Below the pieces are notes generated by a model. The model was given only the letters and a program-made list of their open reading frames with translations, was not told the DNA's origin and searched no databases. Shown in pieces: positions 55,874-63,539 of a DNA stretch of 64,000 nucleotides. Location of the stretch: NCBI GenBank assembly GCA_022573285.1, contig JACZUF010000008.1, forward strand, positions 9,962-73,961, given 5' to 3'. Position numbers and translations under genes: made by a program. Positions within the stretch are counted from its first letter, which is position 1; each line of letters opens with the position of its first letter. The stretch comes from Chloroflexota bacterium. Its GTDB lineage: Bacteria; Chloroflexota; Dehalococcoidia; Lucifugimonadales; UBA3495.

Positions 55874-56914
55874 ATGCGTTTCGGCAGCTTCGTTTTCTCG
55901 ATCAGCGCCGACCCGAACGCCGACCATGAGGTGATCGCCCAGACCCTCCGCGAGATAGAACTTGCCGAGGAGGTGGGTTTCGACGCCGTTTGGCTCACCG
56001 AGCACCACTTCGACGGCGCGGTGGCCTACGCCGACCCCGTGGTCTTCGGGGCCGCCGTGGCCGTCCGGACCAAACGGGTCAAGATCGGCTTCGCGGTGGT
56101 TGAGATGGCGCTGCACCACCCGGTGCGCCTGGCGGTGCAGACATCACTGCTGGATAACCTGAGCAATGGCCGGCTCATCGTGGGCACCGGCCGGGGCTCG
56201 GCCTTCAACGAATACGAGTACATCGGTTTCGGCATCACCCTGGAACAGGGCCGGGAGATGCTGGACGAGGCAGAGGAACTGTTGGTGAAGGCCTGGACCG
56301 GCAAAGACGTGGTGCATAAAGGCCGCTTTTGGGACCTGTCGTTCCCCGGCCTGCGGCCCCAGCCCTACCAGAAACCCCATCCGCCCATCGTCCGGGCCTG
56401 CATCTCCGAGGAATCAATGGTCGAAATGGGCCAGGCCGGAAGGCCGGTGTTGATCGGCGTCCAGACCCTGGACACCCTCCGCCACCGGTTTGGCCGCTAC
56501 CGGAGTGCGCTGGAAGAATCGGGGCTGAGCGAGACCCAGGTGGAGGATGTCCTGGACCAGACCTGGGCCCAACGGTTGCTATTCGTCTGCGACAGCGACC
56601 AGCAGGGGCTGGAGGTGGCCGAGGAAGCCCTGGCCCGGTACCGGGCCCACCTGCTGGACGCCCGGGTCCGGTTCAATCCCGGTGGCGCGCCGCCTCGTCC
56701 TCCAGGGACCCCTCCCCCAGCGGGCGAAGTGGTGGAACATGCCTTCTTGGCCGGGACGCCGGCCACCGTGGCGGGCAAGCTGGAGGAGCTGCGGGACATC
56801 GGCGTCCGCAATATTCTGCTGAACCCGAACGTGGGCCAGATACCGGCGCAGCAGGTGGAGCGGTCAATGCGGCTGTTCGGTGAAAAAGTGATGCCCAGGT
56901 TCCGGGACGACTAA
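55874..56914 (+). CDS. Luciferase-like (LLM class) flavin-dependent oxidoreductase
   Basis: AGGAG RBS plus ATG 55874: MRFGSFVFSISADPNADHEVIAQTLREIELAEEVGFDAVWLTEHHF.... The track start 55538 lies inside the GMC gene. Confidence 0.85.
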   Translation: MRFGSFVFSISADPNADHEVIAQTLREIELAEEVGFDAVWLTEHHFDGAVAYADPVVFGAAVAVRTKRVKIGFAVVEMALHHPVRLAVQTSLLDNLSNGRLIVGTGRGSAFNEYEYIGFGITLEQGREMLDEAEELLVKAWTGKDVVHKGRFWDLSFPGLRPQPYQKPHPPIVRACISEESMVEMGQAGRPVLIGVQTLDTLRHRFGRYRSALEESGLSETQVEDVLDQTWAQRLLFVCDSDQQGLEVAEEALARYRAHLLDARVRFNPGGAPPRPPGTPPPAGEVVEHAFLAGTPATVAGKLEELRDIGVRNILLNPNVGQIPAQQVERSMRLFGEKVMPRFRDD

Positions 56915-56916
56915 AC

Positions 56917-57730
56917 GTGACTAAACAGAGCCAATTTGACCTAACGGGCAAAGTAGCCGTCGTCACCGGCGGCAACGGCGGGCTTGGCCTGGGCATCGCC
57001 TGGGACTGGCCGGCGCTGGGGCCAACATTGTGATCGCCGCCCGCAGCGTCGAGAAGACCGCTCAGGCCCTGGAGGACATCCGGGCCCTGGGCGTCGAGGC
57101 CCGCAGCATCACCGTCGATATCACCCAGGAGCCGGCGGTCCAGCGCATGGTCGCTGACACGATGGACCATATGAGCCGGCTGGATATCCTGGTGAACAAC
57201 GCGGGCATCGCCATCAGGGCCCAGCCCCAGGAGTTGACCGCCGCCCAGTGGGACTCGGTGGTCGACGTGAACCTGCGGTGGGCATTTCTGGCATCCAAAG
57301 AGGCCTATCCCCACATGGTCAAGGCCGGCGGCGGCAAGATCATCAACGTGGGTTCCATGTATTCGGTCTTCGGCAGCGATTGGGGCGCGCCCTACGCCGC
57401 CAGCAAGGGCGGCCTGGTCCAACTGACCAAGAGCTCCGACCGGAGTCGACCCCGACGCGTCGGGGGATGAAATCGGACCTGGCGGTGGCCTGGGCCAAGG
57501 ACAACATCCAGGTGAACGCCGTCCTTCCCGGCTGGTTCGTAACCGACCTGACCCGGGGCATCCCCGACGCCGACCCGGAGCGCTACGACAACATCAACCG
57601 CCGGATACCCACCGGCCGCTGGGGCGAACCGTCGGAACTCGGCGGCGCCGCCGTCTTTCTAGCCAGCCAAGCCTCGAATTATGTCACCGGCGCGGTGCTG
57701 GCGGTGGACGGGGGCTATTCCGCGGCTTAG
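56917..57730 (+). pseudogene. SDR-family oxidoreductase split over three frames (1-nt frameshift plus 44-nt insertion)
   Basis: Frame 1: VTKQSQFDLTGKVAVVTGGNGGLGLGIA. The frame changes near 57000. Frame 2: LGLAGAGANIVIAARS...NNAGIA...YAASKGGLVQLTKS. After the insertion 57435-57478, frame 3: LAVAWAKDNIQVNAVLPGWF...VDGGYSAA. Confidence 0.8.
57435..57478. other. 44-nt palindrome-bearing insertion inside the SDR gene
   Basis: TCCGACCGGAGTCGACCCCGACGCGTCGGGGGATGAAATCGGAC. Contains the perfect 16-nt palindrome CCCCGACGCGTCGGGG and inverted ends TCCGA/TCGGA. Deleting it restores ...QLTKSLAVAWAKDN.... Confidence 0.75.
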
Positions 57731-57754
57731 ATGTGGGCGGTACCTTGGCGGCCT

Positions 57755-58447
57755 CTATTCGATCTTGGCTGCTTTTTCCAAATTATGGCGGGCACAAAGA
57801 ATCCGAACGTTTTCGGGAAGAACACTCGTTCCGCCTTTCGAGAATGGGAACTCGTGGTCAAAATGAAGCTGATCTACGGCGTCACATATCACACATTTGC
57901 CCTTGTCACGTTTATACACCAACTGCTTGACCCACGAGGGGATTTGCCGCGAAACGACCATATTAATCTCTGATGACTCTTGAGCGGAGGTAGAATCAAA
58001 TCCCGCCGATTCCATCCAAAATTTGAAAACCTTCCGCGGCCCATCTTGTTGATAACTGAAGTCAACAAGACGATATAAGCCGCGATCCGTCCAAACCCCT
58101 GGGCGCATCTTCTCGTAAGTCCGAAAAATCGCCGCATCTGCTCCGTTTCCCTTAAAATTCTTCACGGCGCCAGCGAACAATCCGTTTTGAGATGGCTTGT
58201 CGTTAGTCTCAAAAAACGGTTGATCAATAACCTTCGGATCAGGTGTTTCAGAGTTGCGTCGAACGTCGTGACCTTCGTATATGAGAATTGACTCATCCTC
58301 ACTCATTTCGTCAGCGTAGGGGGCGTTCCTACGGCGTGACATCAAAATTACTCCGTGAGAAGGCGCATTTTTGAAATACATTCCTCTTTGCAAAGCCATA
58401 CCCTGGCGGCCGCACATTTCCCAATAGGTAAGAATTTCATCTTTCAT
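57755..58447 (-). CDS. HNH endonuclease with an N-terminal uncharacterised (possibly SRA/PUA-like modified-base reader) domain
   Basis: C-terminus CVICDAVDQLHFDHEFPFSKGGTSVLPENVRILCARHN is an HNH motif. The N-terminal ~160 aa include ...LQRGMYF...VILMS...LIYEGHD...GLYRLVDF...FKFWME. The gene and its flanks are visibly A+T-richer than the surroundings. Confidence 0.75.
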   Translation of the reverse strand: MKDEILTYWEMCGRQGMALQRGMYFKNAPSHGVILMSRRRNAPYADEMSEDESILIYEGHDVRRNSETPDPKVIDQPFFETNDKPSQNGLFAGAVKNFKGNGADAAIFRTYEKMRPGVWTDRGLYRLVDFSYQQDGPRKVFKFWMESAGFDSTSAQESSEINMVVSRQIPSWVKQLVYKRDKGKCVICDAVDQLHFDHEFPFSKGGTSVLPENVRILCARHNLEKAAKIE

Positions 58448-58579
58448 AATTTAGAACCCCCATCACCATCCATCTCACTAAAGAGCCGAACTTGCTCGGT
58501 CAATTTATCTAGATGTTGATCCTAAAGTTTGCGACAGATTCATTACATAGTAAAACATAGTAAGCTGGCCGCCCGAACC

Positions 58580-59533
58580 TCAGCTCCCCTCGAAGAACCG
58601 CCGCGGGTTCAGGACCATTATCTGGTGGATGACTTCATCTGAGACGCCCAGTTCCCTTAGGCGGGGGAGCACCTTCCGGGTGATGAAGTTGTAACCATCG
58701 GGGTTGTATTGGAACCGCTCTTCCTGTACCGCCGCCCCGTACCGGGCCTTGGGCACCGAGTGGTCGTGGGAGAGCATGATCCGGCCGGCGCGGCCCGCGT
58801 CGATCAGCTTCTTCGCCAGTTCGGTCCGCTGCTCCCACCGGGGTGTGCCGGGGCGGCGTCCACCGGGGAAGCGGTCCAGTCCCAACCAGACACCCCGGTC
58901 CAGAAGGCCTAGCAGGTACTCCATGTTGAAATCATCGTTGCTGTGGCCGATATAGACCCGGTCCATATCAACACCCTCTTCCATGAGGACCTGCACCTGC
59001 CGGTCCCCCACGCGGTCCGGCGACCAGGTGTGGGTTGATATTGGGACGCCGGTGCGGACCTGAGCCTGGCCCGCGGCGCGCAGCACGATCTCCTGCGCCT
59101 GCGTGACACCTCCCGCGTCGCTGGCAACCTTGATGATGCCCGCTTTTATCCCGGTCCCCTCGATCCCTTCCTCAATCTCCCTGACGTAGAGGTCGGCAAT
59201 GACCTCGGGGGCCAGTTCCTCGAACGGGCGGGGCACCGCCAGGTGGTTGCCGGTGGCGGCGACTATCTGCACGCCGGTGGCCTGGGAAACCTCCCTCATC
59301 ATCTCGACGTCCCGCCCCAGGTCGATGGTGCTAACGTCGATGATGGTGCGGAGTCCTTCATCATAGGCTTCCTTCAAAGTCGCTTTGGCCTGCTCGATGA
59401 TCCCCGGACGGTCGATGAGTTCGGGAAAGGTGCGGAGAATGCCGGCGGCGTTGGTGGCCAGGTGTTCGTGACTCAGGGTGAAGCCCAGGTCCGCAGTCGC
59501 CACCGGTCCCAATACTGTGTTCACGATCGACAT
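58580..59533 (-). CDS. Phosphotriesterase-family (PTE/PHP) amidohydrolase
   Basis: ...DLGFTLSHEHL... start motif and TIM-barrel metal ligands (...STHTW..., ...IGHSND..., ...LSHD...). GAGGGGG RBS before ATG 59533. Confidence 0.8.
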   Translation of the reverse strand: MSIVNTVLGPVATADLGFTLSHEHLATNAAGILRTFPELIDRPGIIEQAKATLKEAYDEGLRTIIDVSTIDLGRDVEMMREVSQATGVQIVAATGNHLAVPRPFEELAPEVIADLYVREIEEGIEGTGIKAGIIKVASDAGGVTQAQEIVLRAAGQAQVRTGVPISTHTWSPDRVGDRQVQVLMEEGVDMDRVYIGHSNDDFNMEYLLGLLDRGVWLGLDRFPGGRRPGTPRWEQRTELAKKLIDAGRAGRIMLSHDHSVPKARYGAAVQEERFQYNPDGYNFITRKVLPRLRELGVSDEVIHQIMVLNPRRFFEGS

Positions 59534-59678
59534 CAGGTTGTCCCCCCTCAAGTTTTCTGCTCAGACATTCTATCCCACCGGCGCCGGCGCAGCCGGGTTT
59601 TCTGGGCACCCTCCATGACAGACGCTTTGGCGACGCGGATTATAATTGCGGCGTTCAATGCAAGAGCATGAGGTTTCC

Positions 59679-61208
59679 ATGAAATACGACGTGATTATCG
59701 TTGGCGGCGGTTCCGCCGGCTGCGTACTGGCCGCCCGATTGTCCGAAGACGCGGACCGGTCGGTCCTCCTCCTAGAGGCCGGACCAGACTACCCGGACCT
59801 GGACCGGATGCCGGACGAGATCAAACATGACCACAACCAGCGGGCGTCCGAGGCCGGCGCCCAGCACAATTGGTCGTTTCAGGGTGCCACCGGCCCACAA
59901 GGCGGCAGGACCGCCGCAGTGGCCAGGGGCAAGGTCCTTGGGGGCACCAGCGCCATCAACCACCAGATTTTCCTCCGGGGATTGCCGGGGGATTTCGACC
60001 ACTGGGCCGAACTCGGCAACGACGAGTGGTCCTACGCCAAGGTGCTTCCGTATTTCCGGAAATTGGAGACCGACCTGGACATATCAGGCGATTTCCATGG
60101 AACATCGGGCCCAATCACGGTTAAGCGGCACAAGCCGGAGGATTGGCTGCCATTGCAAAGAATCTTCCACTCGGCCTGCTTGGCGGCCGGCTACCGGGAC
60201 GACCCGGATATGAACGACCCGGACGGTGAGGGCGCCGGGGCAATTCCTCTGAATTATGTCGAAGGCGTCCGGATCAGCACCGCCATCGGATACATTGACC
60301 CCTGCCGAAACCGGCTCAACTTGACCATCAAGCCCAACGTCACTGTCCACAGGGTAGTATTCGAGGGAAAACGGGCGGTGGGGGTAGAGGCGGAGAGCGG
60401 CGGGGAGGTATTCGATCTTTCTGGAGAAACAATCATCTTGAGCGCCGGGGCCATCGCCTCTCCCCAACTATTGATGCTCTCGGGCGTCGGGCCGAAGTCG
60501 GCTCTGGACCGCTTGCGGATTCCAGTGGTCCACGAATCGCCCGGTGTGGGCCGGAACATGAAGAACCATCCGGCGGTCACGCTGCGGTTCCAACCGGTGG
60601 ATGGATACACCCTGGAAAGCGGCTCGCCGAGGAACCAGGTCGGCCTGCGCTTCACCGCCAAGGGTTCCACGGTTAAAAACGACATCCAGATTCAGCCGCT
60701 TACGTCCGGGCCTTTCGGCCACGAAGCCGACGAGATACGCGTCGGCTGCCGGTTGGAGTTTCCCCGAGGAGCAGGCGAACTGACCATCACTGCGGCCGAC
60801 CCGAACGTCCAACCCGACTTGGATTACCGGTTTCTGGAAGATGCATCAGACAGGGAGAGGCTGCGCGAGGCCGTCCGTGAATGCGTCCGGCTATTCGAGA
60901 ACCAAAGGTTTAAAGCGGTCATAAGCGGCCGCATCGCACCCACGGAAGAAGAAGTCGGCTCCGATGCTTTGCTGGACAGTTGGATCGCCGGTAATCTGTC
61001 CATCGCCGGCCACACCTGCGGCACCTGCCGGATGGGCCCGGCATCCGACCCCGATGCGGTGGTCGATCAATGGTGCCGGGTGCGCGGGGTGGACGGACTG
61101 CGGGTGATCGACGCATCGGTGATGCCGGAGATTCCCCGGGCCAACACCAATGCCACGGCCATCATGATCGCTGAAAGGGCGTCTGATCTCATCATTGGAA
61201 TCCCGTAG
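59679..61208 (+). CDS. GMC-family oxidoreductase
   Basis: [40 protein letters not shown]...[14 protein letters not shown]...[10 protein letters not shown]...IDASVMP... Confidence 0.9.
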   Translation: [509 protein letters not shown]

Positions 61209-61296
61209 CTGGGGAAACCCGTGGCTGGCCGGAGGGCGGTCGTTTTCAAGCGGACCCAAGCACCATAGCTTGTGCCGCACCGCGCCCAATACCATA

Positions 61297-62400
61297 ATGT
61301 GGAGCATGGACGCCCCAATCCAATACGCCAGGACCGCCGACGGAGTTGGCATCGCGCTGTGGACGCTGGGGACTGGGGAGCCCCTGGTGTACATGGCCGG
61401 GTCCCCTTGGTGCCACGTTGAATTACTCCAGGTCCCGGAGTGTGTCCGCTGGTACGAGAGCCTGGCGGAGAATCGGATGTTGGTCCGGTACGACGTCCGG
61501 GGCACCGGGTTCTCAGACCGGGAAGTCGATGACCATTCGTTGGCGGCGCAGATCTTGGACTTGGAGGCGGTGGTCGAGTCCCTTGGTCTCCAACGATTCG
61601 CGTTATTTGCCGCCGCCAACGCCGGGCCGGTGGCGATAGCTTACGCGGCATCCAACCCGGACCGGGTATCCAGTCTGGTCCTGTGGTGCTCGTGGTCCAA
61701 GGGGGCCGAGATTTTTTCTCCCAGGCTAGACGCTTGGCGGGGATTGCTGGACCACGATTGGCAGTTGATGACCGACACCTGCGCCCATCTGGCTCTGGGG
61801 TGGTCTGAAGGGGAGGTCGGACGCATGGCCGCGGAAAACCTCCGGGAGAGCGTTACACCAGAGGTCATGAGGGCGGCCTTGGATGCCGTGAAGGATATCG
61901 ATGTTTCAGCGATGCTGCCGAATGTCGAAGCTCCCACATTGGTTTTCAGCCGCCCGGAAATATCTTGGATTCCGGGTGAAGCTGCGCGAAACCTGGCCTC
62001 ACGCATCCCCAACGCCCGGTTATCCATCCTGGAAGGCGAGTCGACGGCGCCGTACCTGGGCGATACTGAAGCCGTGATCAATTCCCTTCGTCAATTTCTA
62101 AGCTCAGAAGATTCAGCAACGGTGACCGGTCCCGACGGGGATGCGCCGGGCGGAGATGTCATTAACGCAAATGCCGGCGGCCCGCGAGGCCACGCTAAGG
62201 CCCCGCCGGCGGGACTAACCCCCCGGGAAACTCAGGTGCTGCGGTTGGTGGCCAGCGGAAAGACAAACAACGAGGTCGCCGAAGAATTGGTTTTGAGCAT
62301 CAGGACGGTGGAGCGTCACATCGGCAACATCTATTCGAAGATTGGGGCCCGTGGCCGCGCCGACGCCACGGTATTTGCTCTGAAACAAGGTGTCTTGTAA
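61297..62400 (+). CDS. Alpha/beta-hydrolase-fold domain fused to a C-terminal LuxR-type HTH
   Basis: N-terminal ...RYDVRGTGFSDRE...FALFAAANAGPVAIAYA... (hydrolase fold with the nucleophile elbow degenerate). C-terminal LTPRETQVLRLVASGKTNNEVAEELVLSIRTVERHIGNIYSKIG. Start uncertain (61297 or 61306). Confidence 0.7.
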   Translation: MWSMDAPIQYARTADGVGIALWTLGTGEPLVYMAGSPWCHVELLQVPECVRWYESLAENRMLVRYDVRGTGFSDREVDDHSLAAQILDLEAVVESLGLQRFALFAAANAGPVAIAYAASNPDRVSSLVLWCSWSKGAEIFSPRLDAWRGLLDHDWQLMTDTCAHLALGWSEGEVGRMAAENLRESVTPEVMRAALDAVKDIDVSAMLPNVEAPTLVFSRPEISWIPGEAARNLASRIPNARLSILEGESTAPYLGDTEAVINSLRQFLSSEDSATVTGPDGDAPGGDVINANAGGPRGHAKAPPAGLTPRETQVLRLVASGKTNNEVAEELVLSIRTVERHIGNIYSKIGARGRADATVFALKQGVL

Positions 62401-62579
62401 CCCGGACTAGGGATATCTAAGTGTTCTCCGCCAACCGGGGGCGCGCCAGCGCCCTTTTTTATTGCCATATTTACGTGGTTACCCGGATGGCCGGCCCACG
62501 TAAACTCGCTAATCTTCATCCATTGGATTCGCGGGGCAACCGTATCTCCCGGGATTCATCAAATAAGTTGAGGCAAACC

Positions 62580-63266
62580 ATGACCGCCATCGAATCAAAG
62601 AGCGAGAGCCCAAGTATCGAAGAGATCGCAAAGAACCTTAACGATGCGGGCATCCCACCAGATTTCGGGGATGACAACTCACGGCTTCTGATCAAAATGT
62701 GGCGTACTCTCGGACAAGGCCAACCAGTCACCCAGCAGATGACCGCCCAGATCGCCGAGGGCTTGGGAATCCCCTTTGAAAGGGCCGACGAGTTTCTGCG
62801 GCAAATCACCGAAAGGGATTCCAATGACAATATCATCGGATTGGTCGGACTGTCGCTGAACCAGGAATGGGCCCACCGGTTAATCGTTAACGGCAGACCC
62901 CTCCGGACCTGGTGTGCCTGGGACACCCTGTTCTTGCCCGCGATGCTCGGCGAAACCGTGGTGGTTGAATCGGAGTCGCCGCTCAGCGGCACGCTGGTCC
63001 GCCTTACGGTCACTCCGAACGAAGTTGAAAACTCCACACCTGAGACCGCGGTGGTCTCCGTAGCAACAATCGACCCCAAAGTCCACGATGTGTCGTCGGT
63101 CGAGGCGATCTGGAGTAATTTCTGCCATCAGGTGTACTTCTTCCCATCCGTCGAAGAAGCCCAGGAGTGGGCCCGGGGCAAGAGCAATATCGCTATCTTG
63201 ACTGTGCAAGAAGGGTACGAGTTGGGGAAATTGGCCTTCTCCAATCTACGCCGATTCGCTCAATAA
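62580..63266 (+). CDS. merB: Organomercurial (alkylmercury) lyase family protein
   Basis: ...RTWCAWDTLFLPAML... (Cys-x2-Asp) and ...WSNFCHQVYFFPSVEEAQEW... (second catalytic Cys) align with the MerB C96/D99/C159 regions as I recall them. Confidence 0.75.
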   Translation: MTAIESKSESPSIEEIAKNLNDAGIPPDFGDDNSRLLIKMWRTLGQGQPVTQQMTAQIAEGLGIPFERADEFLRQITERDSNDNIIGLVGLSLNQEWAHRLIVNGRPLRTWCAWDTLFLPAMLGETVVVESESPLSGTLVRLTVTPNEVENSTPETAVVSVATIDPKVHDVSSVEAIWSNFCHQVYFFPSVEEAQEWARGKSNIAILTVQEGYELGKLAFSNLRRFAQ

Positions 63267-63295
63267 CGGTCCAGGAAATCAGGAGGAAAACCAGT

Positions 63296-63496
63296 ATGGA
63301 AACAATCACTAAAGCGACGTTGGCCTGTCCTCAATGCGGGCATTATCAGACTGCGGACATGCCAACGGACGCGTGCCAGTTCTTCTACGAATGCGTAAAC
63401 TGCAAGACTGTGTTGAGACCCAAAAAGGAAGACTGTTGTGTCTTTTGCTCTTACGCAAACGAGCGGTGCCCGATGAAGCAAGCGGAAGCGATCTGA
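63296..63496 (+). CDS. Small Cys-rich GDCCVxC-type protein
   Basis: AGGAGG RBS plus ATG 63296: METITKATLACPQCGHYQTADMPTDACQFFYECVNCKTVLRPKKEDCCVFCSYANERCPMKQ. CxxC...CxxC zinc-ribbon plus the DCCVFC motif. The track ORF start 63167 is inside merB. Confidence 0.7.
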   Translation: METITKATLACPQCGHYQTADMPTDACQFFYECVNCKTVLRPKKEDCCVFCSYANERCPMKQAEAI

Positions 63497-63539
63497 GCAA
63501 ACCGGCCAACCCGGTAGAAGGTTCCAGTGTGGAGTAGAC

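Noticed and set aside
57438-57478. Translational bypass (T4 gene 60-like hop) across the 44-nt insert in the SDR gene. Identical GAC codons occur at 57438 and 57476, with a stem-loop and an in-frame stop in between.
   Set aside because: Bypass would add two residues (SD) inside a conserved SDR helix. Exact excision of 44 nt restores the consensus LTKSLA. The gene also carries an independent upstream frameshift, so decay is the simpler explanation.
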